Shown: positions 45,218 to 60,025 of the stretch, piece after piece
Numbering within the stretch: the stretch's first letter is position 1
Layout: the number at the start of each line of letters is the position of its first letter
NCBI GenBank assembly: GCA_000165425.1
Contig: CT867985.1
Location: 558,001 to 622,000, forward strand
Origin: Paramecium tetraurelia
Lineage: Eukaryota
Direction of reading: 5' to 3'
DNA length: 64,000 bases
Notes under the pieces: generated by a model
What the model saw: only the letters and a program-made list of their open reading frames with translations
Database searches by the model: none
Told to the model about the DNA's origin: nothing
Translations under genes and position numbers: made by a program

Positions 45218-47053
45218 ATGAGTTTTTAATCAATTTCATCTTCAGATTTATCAAATTCAGATGAAATGAGTTTCGTAAAAACTGATTAAGAGAGAATTTT
45301 GAAAAATTCAAACATTTTAAAACATGCTAATAATGATAGCAACAACTGTTTGAAGCACCCAAATAAAAAAGTAATTTGTTTGTTAAAATATAGGCAAAAT
45401 TTTATGTATAGCAAAATAGCAATTAATTATTTTGTTCAAAATGTGCATTGAATTTAGCTTTGCAAGGTCTTAAAATAGAAGAAACATAAGAGGTATAATT
45501 GGAAATATAAAGGAAAGATAAAATAAATAACTTTCAGAAGGATTTACATTAAGCTCTTTAATAATGTGATTAAAAATTAGTTAACATGAATGATATTAAA
45601 AACAACTTAATAAACTAATGGGAGGAATAGAATATCAATTGTGAAGAATTTTTTAATATAGTTCTAAAGACAACTAATTAGTTAAGACAAACATATCAGC
45701 AGAAATTATAAAATGACTATTCCACCTATTAAAATCAAGTTTAGGAGCAAATAGAGAATATCAAGCAATTAATACAATAATTGAAGCAATTTTCTATTGA
45801 TATTTTTACTAATCATGACAACATAGTTAAGAAAATGGAAATGAAACCATTTGATGAGATTATGCAAAAGTATTAAAAAAAAGTAAATGAAATACGATAT
45901 CAATAAATAAATAATCAATTTCAATTATCTCTAAAATAGGTCAATGTTGATTAAAATTAAATTCTAACATTTATGAATAAAATGTGTTATAATTTGCTCA
46001 TTAAAAATGACAATATGGAATATCATCAAAAGACGATGACTAGTTAATAAAATTTTGAATCTAATTTGTCAAATCATTAAAAATATTTTGATATGTTTGA
46101 AAATGAGGAGGTTAATAGTCCTATGTCTACTATGAATTAAGTACAATTGCAGTCTCCTATTCGTTAACAGTTTAATAAATTTGAATCAGTCAATTCAAAC
46201 CCTGTCAGAAGTAATGCAAATACCCCTGAAAGTTGGAAATAAAAGCTTAGTTTGAGAAGGGATAATATAACACCAAATGATAAAATCTCTTATTAAAATA
46301 GTTCTCGTGTTTTAGAGTAGGTAAGTTCGAAAAAAGCACTTTAAAAGTAATTAATTGACAAATATTCTTATTAATGCAATGAAAAATAAAAAACAACAAC
46401 TGATTGCGAAAGAATAAGTGAAAAATCTTATTCATTGTTAAATAATAATTTGAGTTGCTTTCAAATCCAGAAATTTATAAAAGAAGCTGAAAGAGGAAGT
46501 CTCGAAGATAGAGAACTAACGCCTAAACAAAAGATTATTCCTGCTAGTAAATCTATTTTGTAAGGGTAAACCTATAATAATTAAATAAAGAATAATTCTA
46601 ATCAAAAATGTATTTATCTAATTATTATGTTTAGCTTAGTAAAATCTAATATAAAATTACCTCCACAAATAATAATATGGATCAGTTCCAAATTTAAAGT
46701 CAGCCTCTCACTTATAATAACAATGTGATGCTGTCTACTTGCATCGTTAATAGGAAGGCCACTTAAGATCTAAATCAAAATAAATCAAGCCATAATCCAC
46801 AGAATAAGAAAGTAAAAGACAGTTTATCATGAATGTTGGGATGAACTCAAATCCGTAAGTTTAAAATGAAGATACATTGAAAGATAAAATATTAAAAGAG
46901 CTTTGTAGTCATCCAAGCGAATCGGTTTATGGCCAAGTGATTAGAAATCATTAACAAAAATCAAAAAATCATAAAACAACAAGCAAAGAAAATTATGAAT
47001 GGACTTCCTAGAAAAATAGAAGGATTGGATAAAATATAAACAAGAAATAATGA
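45218..47053 (+). CDS. Hypothetical protein with B-box-like Zn motif and coiled coil
   Basis: CLKHPNKK / 23-nt intron / AKFYV...FCSKCALNL, then coiled coil and Q/N/S-rich tail; second intron at 46610-46634; TGA at 47051-47053. Confidence 0.7.
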
Positions 47054-47439
47054 TTTATATATTTCAAATAAATCTCTAAATATTTCTTTGTCTATTTAAT
47101 TTTTAATTCCAAGAGTCCTAATATAATATTTATTTAAGAATAAATTTAATTAACCTCAATTAAATGGTGCTATTTTCAGAAATTTAATAATATTAATTCA
47201 AAATACCTTATTATCTCTTAAGTGTGATACTTAAATACATGTTTAGTACTCCTAAAATTTAAAAAATAAAATTTTCATCATTTCGAAATACTAATAATTT
47301 AGATACCTCTTATTATCAATTGTAATCCTACAAGAGATTCTAATCTTAAAAATCCATTTTTATTTAAATCAATTTATTCATTTTTTGAAACTTTATTGGC
47401 TTCTATAAATTAATATGACAATTTATTTTATTATTTAAT

Positions 47440-50400
47440 ATGACCATAATTCATAGGTTTATTTCTTACTGTTATTTATGGCTACCAAAGTAAATTTAGA
47501 AATCAGTCTAAAAAACGCTATTTTAATAACAGGAAAATGGTTAGGTTTATAAAGTATTAAATGTGTAAATTCATAGATTGAATTTTCCAATGGAGAAGTG
47601 CAAAAGATAATAAATTTTGAAAATACAATCAATTATATATAATTTGTTGGAGTAAAGAATTGTCTTTTATCTTTAGTCATTCCAAGTTATTAAAAAAATG
47701 ATTGATTTAATAAAAAGAGTCGAAAATTTGATCCTTTTAATTATATTAGTCATTGCATTATCAGGAAAAACTTTTTATTAAGATTTTACTGAATAAATAA
47801 TAGTTTTTTATTCATTGACATGTTACTTTTTAGATAAGCTTTAATATTTAGTAAACTTGCTATTAATCAGTTATAAACTAAGAAAACCAATAATCTATAG
47901 TTAATAATTCTAAATGTCGAATATTTTCGAAGTTTCCTAATATTTCTGAAGAAGAAATTTAACAAATGGAAGAAAAAAATTAAGATTATTTAGAGTATGA
48001 TATTATAAGTATTTAGATTCAAATCCTACAAATCAATAAAATGGTCAGAACTATAATTGGGAGATATTGTATGTCTAAAGAGAGGGAAGTAGAGTCCTGC
48101 TGATCTTCTCATTTTAGACTCAAGTTAAGAGGAGCTTCTAGTTGATTTTGAAGTGCGTACTGCATGTTCTTGTACATTTGTTAACATTAATCACAACACA
48201 AAAGGTAATATAATGGATTTCATTACAAAACTAAATGGACAAATCTCTTTTAGTATATAAGAGTCGCCTGTAGGGAGTATAAAATTAAAAAATGATCCAA
48301 AAGCTACTTCATTTAATAAAAAAAATATGATTTTGAAGGGAGAAACGCTGGATAGGGTAGACTGGATTTTTGGAATGGCAATTAGAGTTGGAGAGGATTG
48401 CTGTTATGGTTAAACAACTCTAAAGAAATAAAACTATTCATAAAAAAGCTGGATAGTAGAATTTCAGACTTACATCTCTTATACTTGTTGGATCTTATTT
48501 TCAATATGTTTTATATCTAATATGGTTTTTTCATCCTTTTTTATACGTGAGTATTTTTTTAAAAGTCTAATTTACTGCTTGTTAATATTTCCTTAGAACT
48601 TATAATTGTTAGAAAAAATATGTTATTTTTTTATTATTATCAAAAATAATAAAGCATTTTATAAGGAATAGTAAAAGGTGAAAAATAAATACAAAGTTAA
48701 AAAATAGTAAAAGTTAAGAGCAAATGATTATCCAATAGTTCTTAAATCATAAAATGATAGGAAAATACTAATGCCTATAGAAAAATATTTTAATTTGCCA
48801 CTATTATCATTTCAAAGACAAACATAATTATTAGGGTTCAAATCTCATAATAATAATGAGACAGGGCTTATGATGTTAACTTCATAGAATGTCTTAGATC
48901 TTATTAGGACTGATATTCTAATTTTGGACAATCCAAAATTTTTATTTAAGGCCAAACCTAAAGTAGTCTAACTTGTTGAAAACTTTAAAACATACCATTT
49001 TAGTTATAATAAACTTAAAAATTTGGTGAGAAATGCTTCACCAAAATAAAAGACGAATTGTGACAAATTATTAATTGACACTAATAGATAATAAACATAA
49101 GATGAAATGAAAACTTTAGATATTGATCTTTTGATTTCTGAAAAAAGAGTTCCTGATCTCAGAAATTGTACTGATATTTTATTAGCTTCAATCTAGATTT
49201 AGAAAATAGGGAATATTAAAGATAACAACTAAAAGGATTAAAAATAAAATGATACAAAATTGAATAATGGCATAGGCAAGAAAAAGAGTGCCAGATACAT
49301 TTTTGATTCTTCTTTTGTTAAACACTAATAAAATAGCAATTAAGTTTTTGACAACAGTAAAGATGCATCCAATCATAATATCTCTTAATCTTTCTAATCA
49401 TCACATATTGGATTGTAAAAATAAAAAAATCAATTTGTCAAGCCTGGAACTATTATTAAGCAAAATCCTAATTTTAGCCAGATGTCCTAAAAAAAAATTA
49501 ACGACCTAAACTCTGATAGAATTATAAGCGAAAATTATAATGAATAGGACTTTATTGATATTCTTTACAGCCAAGATGATAGAATATATAATGAAATTTT
49601 AGTGATGATGCTTCTAACAAATAGTATTATAAGTGTGTTTAATGAAAAATTAAATAAATTAGAATTTATCTTTGAAAATAGTTATGATGAATCCATTCTA
49701 TAATTTTGTGAATTACTTGATTATAATCTAATTTGTTCAACAGAATAGGAGAATACTAAATAAGAATTAAATAGCAGAACAATTATAAAAAAGGTTATTT
49801 CAATTGGTACCAGTTCCAAAGTCTTTGAGATTCTAACTTTTTTAGAACCTACAGAGAATAGGAAACACATTTTATCAGTATTAGTTAGAGATCCAGAATC
49901 ATTTTAGTTAGATGAAGGTGCATTGTTATATACAAGAATTGAAACAAATAATCAGACAGAAAATAAATATCATGAAAATTTATAAGAAATGAATTGGGAC
50001 GGATTAAAAACATTTTTATATTAGAAAAGGTAATTAGGATATTCCTAAACAAATGATATCTTGAAAAAATTATCCGCTATCTCAGAGACATATGGAAATA
50101 GATCTCATGAAATAGAAAAACTATTCATTGAACTTGAATCTAAGAGTGAACCTATTTTTGCTATTGGAATATCATCAACAAAATAAAAATTATTATAGCA
50201 TTCATCTTAAGAATTCATATAGGAATAGGTAAATTAAGAAAGAATCTTTTTCACCTTATAAAATTATAACATCAAACTATGCATCATTATACCTGATTCT
50301 TATGACGATTTAATGCTTTTTGTTAGAACATATTCAATAATCTAATCAAAAGAACAAATTATTGAATTCAAAGAAAGGGACTCTTAATAGTTACAATATA

Positions 50401-53400
50401 AGTTTAGGTAGTATCTTTAAAATCTGATGTCTAATAATATACCAAATTATCAGGATAACTTTATAATTGTAAGTTCTGAAGCATTTGATAGTATTTTAGA
50501 GGATGAATATTTAAAATATCATTTTGTTTTTATATTCTAAATGTCTGGTGGATTAGGTGCTTATCGATTTACAAGTAGATAAAAAGGAAAATTAGCAAAA
50601 ATTCTATAAAAAACTAATTAAAAAATACTCAGCGTTGGAAATTCTTTAGATGATGAATATCTATTTAGTAAATCTCATTTAACAGTTAGTTTAATGAAAA
50701 AAGAATAGGAAATAACTATTATAAATTCAAAATTTGTAGCTTTAAATATTAAATAACTATTAAAGATGATTTTTCTTATTTGCCCTAGATAGATGTAGAA
50801 TTATTTAGCATTTTTAGAAATCCAATTATATAGATGCTTACTATTAGGTTTGATAATATTTATTATTAGCTTTTAATTTGAAGATATTTAACTATTTTGG
50901 CTATTGATATTTTTTTTAATTCCAAGCAATATTTTGTCATCTATTTAGCACTATTTTTTATTGTGTAATCAGAAAGAATAAACGCTTAAATTTTAATCTA
51001 CTTATGTTATGATATTTTAAAGTATAAAGAAGAGAAGTATGTTAAGAGGAATTTTAGGGGTTTTTGTAATAGTTATTATTGATTTAGTATATTTGATTCT
51101 AACTGAATAAACTATTTTATTGGTTATCTCTTCAAATGGTAAAATTGATTAAACATCAAAATCAGTATTACTTTACATAAGCTTAGAATTATTAGATAAA
51201 TCTAAAATTTTATTCCATATTATAAAGAAATATGAAAATATCTATTATAAACTTATGTAATTAACTATTACAATTTTTATATTGACTCTGTTAATAATAT
51301 GTTTTAATTTGGTTTAAGCCTCTACTGATGATTAAAGACTGATAGATGAATTCAATTAATAAAATTTTTTAGCTTTCATTTTCATAAGTGTTTTTCTAAT
51401 TGGTTTATCATTTGTGACTCAAGAGATCTTGGAGATTTATTCGATAAATTTCATGATACCCTCAGAACAAATCACCTTTGAGTAAAACTAAAAAGATATT
51501 TTGGAATTAAAAAAAAAACTAAATTCAAGCAATTCACTTAGCGAAGAAGAAGAAGAAGAAATGCAGTTAATTTTTAATTAAAAAATTAAAAAAATTACAG
51601 ATTAGCTTTTTGATAATAAAGATTTAGTAGATGAAATAATAACTAAATAAATAAAGGGAGATTAATCAGTAGTAGATGAAATGGATAAATTTCAAGGATT
51701 TCAAGATAAAAAAACCGAAAAGGATTTTTAAGACTTCTTTAAATAATAGAACTAACATAAATTTAACATTTTCTATGCTTTTATATTTTATGATATATGC
51801 ATACTAATAATGTACTGTTATGAAATACTTACAAGTAGCGTATTTCCATTATCAATTTTATTAACTGTATTAATTTAATTTATCATTTAACTTTTTATTT
51901 CTCTTTTATAATTAAGGGTGATCACTAATAAAAAGATCTAATAATATTTTTAGTTGCTATCCCTTATTTTAAGATACATTTTTAAAATATTAATAGATGT
52001 ACTTTATATAGGAAATTATCAAGAATTTGTTGGATTCATGTTTAATATCTAATTTATTCTTGCTTTTGCAATAACAACTCAACCAATAGTTCCAATTATT
52101 TTCTATGTTATCTTATAATTGGTCATTTACATAATAGATTTGATAATAAATGGATTTTCAATGAATTTTCTTAATTAAAAAGAAGTGATATATTGCTTAG
52201 TCAAATTTGGGTTTCTATTAGTTGAAATATCATATCCAATTTTTGAAAATGTTTAAAAGTTTCAATTTTTACAGAGATCTTCATATATTTATTAGAATAG
52301 ACTGAATATTGAATAAAAGAAGATAAACTATATTTTAGGTTTATTGATGCCAAGATTTATTTAAGAGAGAATGAATAAAGGTTAGATTTAGATTTAGCAA
52401 GATCAAGGCGATGTTACAATATTATTTTGTGATATTTACCAATTCGACAAGGTTATTAAATATGAATAAGAAAATATATTGAACTTTTTAGATACTCTAT
52501 ACAGAGCCTTTGACTAATTGTGTTAGACGTATGATTTGTAAAAGATAGAGACAGTTGGTAAAACTTATATGGCAGCTGGAGGATTGAAGGATTATGATGC
52601 AGTGATAAGTAACAATATAATCTAAAAATAGATTAAAAAAATGCTAATAGCACAACTAGAGCTTTAGAAACGGCTATAGCTATGATGGATGCTGTAAAAA
52701 CAATGAAATATGGTGATAATCAAGATGTTAAATTAAAGATTGGAATTCATTATGGTAGAGTAATTGCTGGTGTAATTGGAGTTCATAAACCATAATTCTC
52801 ATTGATAGGAGATACAGTAAATACTACAAGCAGGGTTTGTAGCACAGGTGATGCTGGATTCATTACATTGAGTGAATCGGCCTATAACAATATTAAAGAT
52901 ACAACTAAATATTAATTTGATGAAAAGGCAGTGGCTGCTAAAGGAAAAGGGACACTTCTAACATTTCGATTCAAGGTATAACTAAAGGATAAAGATTCAA
53001 CAAGATTAATATCATCTAAATTAATTAAAGATCATTAAGAATCCAGCAATGAAACTAGAGTTCAAGTTATGCCATTAAAAAATCCTGAAAATAAGAAACC
53101 TCCTGCCAAAATTTTGATGAAAAGAGCTTCTGTTATGAATCCAATAGGATTGGGAAATGATCCCAACAAATCCCCTATACTAGTTTTAAGACAGCTCTAG
53201 TAATAGTTATAAAACAAAAAGACGTTTTAAATTATGATCAAGAAAAAGTAATCGATTGATCATGAAACTAAAGAACAAGAAGTCAAACGTTAAAATTCTT
53301 AAAAATCGATATCTAGTTCGAATTAAGATCTAAATTAAGGATAATAAATATAGAATGAAAATCAATCTCAAGTTTAATAGCAGCCCAAGGTTGTAAATAC

Positions 53401-55436
53401 AAATCCAAAAATGAGAAGTAGTATACTGTAACTGCATAAACCACTTAAAAGGGGAAATGAAGATGGAGCTATTTAGCATTATCCATCAACCTTGTAATAG
53501 TTTTCAATGAGTCTATTTTAACCTATTTCAGACATTAGACTTTAACCCTCTTCTAATTAGATCTCGTCCTCACAAAACTAATAGAGCTCAAGTATATAAC
53601 CTTAGTTAAGTGTACTACAATAAAATTCTTAAACTCAAATGGTCTAGATTTTGGAACACCCAAGTAAAGAGAGCATAAAGTAGGTGAGGATTGCAGAGGA
53701 AGCATAAAATTAATAGAATAATCAATAGCCTCAAAGAGGATAAATCAAAAGGAAGGGAACTGTAATAATGGCTGATTTGGTTAATAAGAAAAAAATGATG
53801 AAATCAAACACTAAAATAATTCTACCGGAAGATAAGGAACGACCTCTTAAGTTAGTTTAAAAGGAAAATGAAAATCATTTTGAGGGAAAAGGAAAATAAA
53901 TAGAAAATCCTGGATTTTTTGAAGCTTAAGAGAATCTTATAAAAAAAGAAAATGATTTTGTTGAAAATTCTGATGAAATTGAAATAAATAAAAAATAGAG
54001 CATTTCAAAACTTTAGTAAAGATTAGATTTGATAAAATTAAAGAACATTAAAAAATTTAAATTAGACTTTGATAAAGATTTTGATTATGAATTGAATAAA
54101 AGTTAATACGATAGCAAAGACCATGTATTGTATTATTAGATCTACGAAGAATATAATCTGCAAGAATTTATATAGTTTAGAAAAACATTTATACTGTTAC
54201 TAATTCTTATGATTTGTAAAAGCCTTTTATATTTCTTATTAGACGAATTAAATCCATCAAATAAAATAGAACTAATCATTGTTATTTTATGTCAACTCAT
54301 TGTTAGTGTATTGATTATCTTTCCTTTTTACAAATTCTAAGATCTTTAAGATTTTAAAAAAGCTAAATCTTTAAGTTTAATCTATTTTATAAGCATAAGT
54401 TCATTAAACATTTTAATAGTTTACTTTGTGGATGAATAAGAATTTGAGATAATTTTGTAATTATGTTAGATTACTTCAATCTATATCAACTTATTTCACT
54501 AATAACTTTTTATTCTAAAAGATAAATAATATTTATAAATCATTTACTTTATTCTTTTGATTCTATTAACTGTATATAAAAAGTACATATTGGAAATAGT
54601 ATTTTTCATAATAAGCACTGATGGTTTAACCTATTACTTTGAGCATTAAGTAAATGAAATCCTTGTTAAAAATTATAGAGTGAGTCAACAATTATAAACT
54701 TAAATATTTAAATATGAAAATATTTTGTAATACTTGATGCCTCCTCATGCATTAAAACGATTATTACAACCAGAATCAGATAAAACTGAAACATTTATAG
54801 ATGTTCTAGACCATGCTACTGTTTTATTTGCAGACATCGCTGGTTTTACTAAATATTCAAGCTCTGTTTAGCCTGAAACTGTTGTTGAAATGCTTAGAAA
54901 CTTGTTTCAATCTTTTGATTTATATTGTTAAATGGCATAGATATATAAACTGTTTACTATTGGTGATTGCTATGTGTGTATGGGAGTTTTGGATTACACA
55001 AAAAGAGATCCTGCCGAAGAAGTATTATATTAAATTGATTTAGGCATAAAAAGTACTAGCTTTTGGTCTCAAAATGATATAGATAATTAATGATATCAAA
55101 TAGGATCCCCAATATTAGCATTTAAACATGAGAATAGGAGTGCATACTGGTAGAGTCCTCGGTGGAGTAGTTGGAACTGATGTTGTTAGATATGATATTT
55201 ATGGAGAAGATGTCACAATTGCTAATTTGATGGAGTCATCGGGAACTGTAAGATATTTTATTTAGTTTTAGGAAGGAAAGATGTTAATTAGCGATTATAC
55301 AAAGAATTTGGTTGAATCTGAATATGATGACTTTAAATTTGAATATGCGAAGGATGTTTATATTCAATCAAAGGATATGACAATACCCACTTTTTTTGTT
55401 TCACTTAATGATTTAGATTGTTGTGAAGAAAATTGA
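47440..55436 (+). CDS. Bifunctional-type P4-ATPase-like / guanylyl cyclase (alveolate membrane GC)
   Basis: ATPase-like WSELQLGDIV..SPADLLILDSS, NMILKG and SVGNSLDD; two TM blocks; cyclase domain 1 LFCDIYQF..KIETVGKTY..PQFSLIGDTVNTTSR; cyclase domain 2 LFADIAGF..KLFTIGDCY..RYDIYGEDVTIAN; TGA at 55434-55436. 5' exons approximate. Confidence 0.92.
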
Positions 55437-55476
55437 ATCGAAGAGATTTTGAATATTATATATATTATTTATTATT

Positions 55477-58400
55477 ATGAGTTAAAATAAAGAAAAGGTT
55501 GAATCAGAGCTTTTTCAAATGTATCAGAATGCCATTGATTTGTTGGAAGAAGATTAAATTGCAGATGGCATTGCAATCCTTAAGAAATTGATGAATCACC
55601 CCTCCATAATAAATTAAGAGGATAAAAAGATTCTCTATGGAATTTATATGTCTTTGGCTGAAATATTGGCACAAAGCGAAAATGTTTCTGAAAAATGCGA
55701 AGCCTTAAATTATTATTATTAGAGCACATTAATAGTAGAAAATTGCTGGTAAACCTACAGAAAGATGTCGCTTTTATTTCGTCAACTTGGAATGATGCCA
55801 AGAGCTTTAAATTTAAATTTAAAAGCGTATTTTAACATTAAAATTTTATAGTCTTTAATATTGTTCATAATGCATTCTAACTTAGCCTCTTCTATATTAA
55901 GCTTGTTGCATTAGCTTTTTAATGGATAGTTGGGATGATTTCAATCAATATTTTAAGATGATGAAGGATGATACTAATTTGAAGCAATAGATACAAGAAC
56001 TAGAAAACTACCATTTAACTAAACAAAAAACAGCTTTTGTTAATACATTGTTGATTGAATATAATCAAATTGAACAAAAGCTACAGTCTTTACCTGAGAA
56101 TTAAATTTATTATCTTCTCTAAGAACAACAATTTGAATAAGAGATTTTTTTAGATACTTAAAATATCAGAAAGTTCTTTAAAGATATCAAATGTTTGTTT
56201 CAAATTAATCTCAATTTTAGAAAGAATCCATCTAAAGATAATTATCTAATCGCTAGTACAAGGATTACTGTAACATCAAATCAAAACAAAAAAAAAACTT
56301 TTGTTTCAAAAGAATAGCCAAGTCAAGTAGTTAGATAAATTGAAAAGCAGAAATCAAAACAATCATAATATTAATAATAGTTTAATCTAGATTAAAATAT
56401 CTATAATTCTAATACAAAATTAATCGATCTTATTAAATAAAATTATGGTTGGGATATGGTTTCATTTTCCATGATAAATAACAATACTAAAATATCAAAT
56501 GAGCAGAATGAATATTAAGGGTGTTCCATTTCTAAATTTTTATCTGAACGATTAAGCAACTAAAGTTTCCTTACTGTTATTGAACTTTTAAAGAAATTAA
56601 TTATATTAATTCTACAAGATTTTCTTTCTTATAAATAATCAATTCAAAATTTTAACTTTGTATCCAAAGGATTAATTAATTGTGTTGTTTGGGCTCAATA
56701 TTTCACAAACAAATTGGTGGATGATCCCTTTTTAAAATTGTAACTATTAGAAATTGCTTTTGACGAGTTAAAATCACGTTTCAAAGAAAAAAAGCCTAAA
56801 TCTCCTGAAGAATAAAATAAAATCAAGAATTACATTCTTTTCATCAATAATATGAAATTGGAATTACTACAAACTGATATTTCGAGCATTTTGATTAATA
56901 GCAATTAAAGAAAAGAATATTTGACAAAGTATTCAATCATAATGGCTACCATTCATAGCGATATTCATTTCTTTTAACCTAAAATGGCGAAGCATTTTGC
57001 TAGTTAATTGAAAAACAGTAAATTAAAATAGTAAATTAATGACAAAATACTAGCTTATAAAATAGAATCTGAACTCAAAACCTCAAAGTAAGTTCTAAAG
57101 ATTATTACGTAATGGGAAGAGAGAGAATAAAAATTGGAAGATAATGAAAAAATAAGAACATATATTATATAGGTTATTGAATATTTAAAGTCTAATAAGA
57201 ATAATAATTTATTGTAAAGGTTGTCAATCATTTTTCTAAATTAATTTTAGTTTGCTTGTCGAATTGAGGATTTAAAAGAGATATAAAAGTTTGTGTAACC
57301 CTTGGTGTTGTAAATTTTAAATCTTAATAATTTCGATTTCGAAATAGATATAGGATTCATTTTCCTCAAGTTTTCTTTCGTTTATTCTTTGATAGAAATT
57401 GACTCTAGTGAAATTTTGGCCAAATTTACTGAAATATTTCTAGCATCACCAAATAACATTAATAAATATCTAATTCTTTTAGAAGTACTAAAAATACATA
57501 ATTTTAAACTAAATGATTATTTTAACTTTGTAAATATTGATACTATTTTAATGGAGTTTATTGATATTAAAATAAAATCCAAATAAAAGTACAATTAATT
57601 AGTAGAATTTTTTAAAAATAATATTGAAGCTGATTTAGAGTTAAATTATTATTTACTCCATTTACTAGAATTAAAAATTCAACATACACCTTAATTCATT
57701 GTCTAGCCTAATACACTTGCTATGGAAGTTGATAAATTTGAAACTAAATTACCTCAACCAGACTCATTTTCTGATGCATCAGAAGATGAATTGGAATAGC
57801 CATGTTAGTATAAAAATGAATTCAAAACTATGGTATTAGAAGAAAGTCAAATTGAATCTTCTTTTAGGATAACTAAAAAAATCTTCTAATTTTCAAATAA
57901 AACAGTGGAATTTCTAATTAATCATTCTATTTAAATTAATGTAGGCGACCCTAAGATTATTAATCATATTAAAAGATTTGCTAAAGAATGTGTCAAATGC
58001 GAGTTCGGCATGAGTACTAATGAATTAAGTACTTAACTATATCAAATAGTAATCTAAAAATATTATCTCTAAGCTGAATTCAAAAAAGAGTTGACAAAAA
58101 TAGAACTACAATTTTTGGGTTATTTTTTACCTCATTGCATCAAGACTGTTTCAGATTTCAAATAAATCAATGAATTTTTACTAACCAATGTATATCCATC
58201 ACTTAATAAGCAAATTGAACAAGAAATCGGTGTATTTGTAGAAGAATTAGAATCATATATGTTTGATAATCAAGAGTTAGCATAAAGCTTTCCACTTGAG
58301 GAACATTATAATAACATAAAGAATTGGAAAATTGAAAGTGATTATAAAGCAAATTTATTCTATTTGTTATAAAGAGCTCAAGAAATTCTTGATGAATAAT

Positions 58401-60025
58401 CTGAATATTCACAATTTAAGAATTTTCTGTTTGCTCTAGCATATAAGGATTCTTAATTTTTATGGAATGAATTTTATATTACATTATTTGATAAAGCTAG
58501 GAATCATTTATCATAGAGGAAAAAGTCAGATGTAGATTGGTTTAACTGTCAACAAAGAGTACAATCAATAATTTAGAATTATCCTGATTTACATTATTTA
58601 GAAGAGCATTTTATGATAATGGATCTCTTACAATTATAGGAATAATAAAATATCTACTAAACAACAGTTTCTTAATAAAAATTCAATTAAATTTAATAAG
58701 TATATGAGAAATTGTTCATGAAAAAATAAATGATACCAACCAATGTTTTTGATATAAAAAATAACTTTAGACTATTGCTGCTTTAAGAAAAGGTTGTAAT
58801 GAGAAAATATTATAAAATTAATATTGAAGATATTGCATAAAATTTGGAAAATCTTTAAATTCTCAAATCTTTGATTAATCAAATGAATAACCATTAAATA
58901 TTGTATTTCCTTCATTCAAAAGATAGTGAAGTAGAAATTAAATAAGATTTATTAATATCAATATATAAATTTATCAGAAGATATTTAAGACATCAATTAC
59001 ATAATCAATTGAATTAATTGATAGAACTCATTAAGTAAAAACTTCCTTATTTATTGAATCCATCTTAAAATTAACTTTAATTCTAATTTGAACTAGATAA
59101 AAAACATTTTAAAATCCAAAATTTTGATTAGGATTAATTAGAATAGGAAAAAAATACACAATTTTCCAATTTAGAGGTAAACCTAATTCTAAACAATATA
59201 TTAGAGGAATTTATTGGGAATAAAAAAAGATTGATTAGAAAAAAACCATAAAGGTTTTTGATTGAATCATTTTATTATTCTACTCATTTATTATTTCATA
59301 GTAATGCCTCAATTGATTAAGTTTTCAATTCAATTCAATCGGTTTATTTACCGAACACAAAAGACTTAATTTATTATTACAAATCAATTGATAGGTATAA
59401 ATGTGAAAAAGATAAAATTCTTAGTTAGTATTATTTTCATGAACTTAATTTTTCATACTAGAAATCTAAAATATTGAAATTAATCCTTAAAATTTTATTG
59501 AAACAAAAGAAATACAAAGAAATTGTAACACTGTTAGACAAGCTTAACAAAACATATGATTTAAGGTTGTTTTAAGCTGTTATTGGATTATTAACAGCCA
59601 TTAAATATATTGAAGAGAAAATCTTAATTAGAGATATCATCATAAAGGTTGAATCTTTAAGTAAAACTAATGATTTTTTAAAAGATGATCAAATCTTGGA
59701 ATTATTAAATAGAATGTATATAAAATTATATGAGAAAGAGCAATAGGAATAAGGTCTAAATGATGTTGAAACTGAAATAAGTGAAATTAAAATTGAAAAA
59801 GGAAAGAAAATCATAGAGGATATCAAGGCAATAAAAAGGAAGCCAACGAAAATAAAAGATAATCAATAGATTTCCTAATAATAATAATCTTAAATCTAGC
59901 AATCCTAAATTTAGAATTAATAATAATTGTATTAATAGTCAAGTGAATACATTAATGATGAAATAGGCTAATTTAAAACCTAAGAGGGATCTCTTTCGCC
60001 ACTTATTGATTTAGATATTGTATGA
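55477..60025 (+). CDS. ~1500-aa helical protein with N-terminal TPRs resembling CABIN1/Hir3
   Basis: ESELFQMYQNAIDL..ILKKLMNHP..ILYGIYMSLAEILAQ..EALNYYYQSTLI..WQTYRKMSLLFRQLG; 25-nt intron 55827-55851; one long frame to TGA 60023-60025. Family call is by eye only. Confidence 0.55.
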
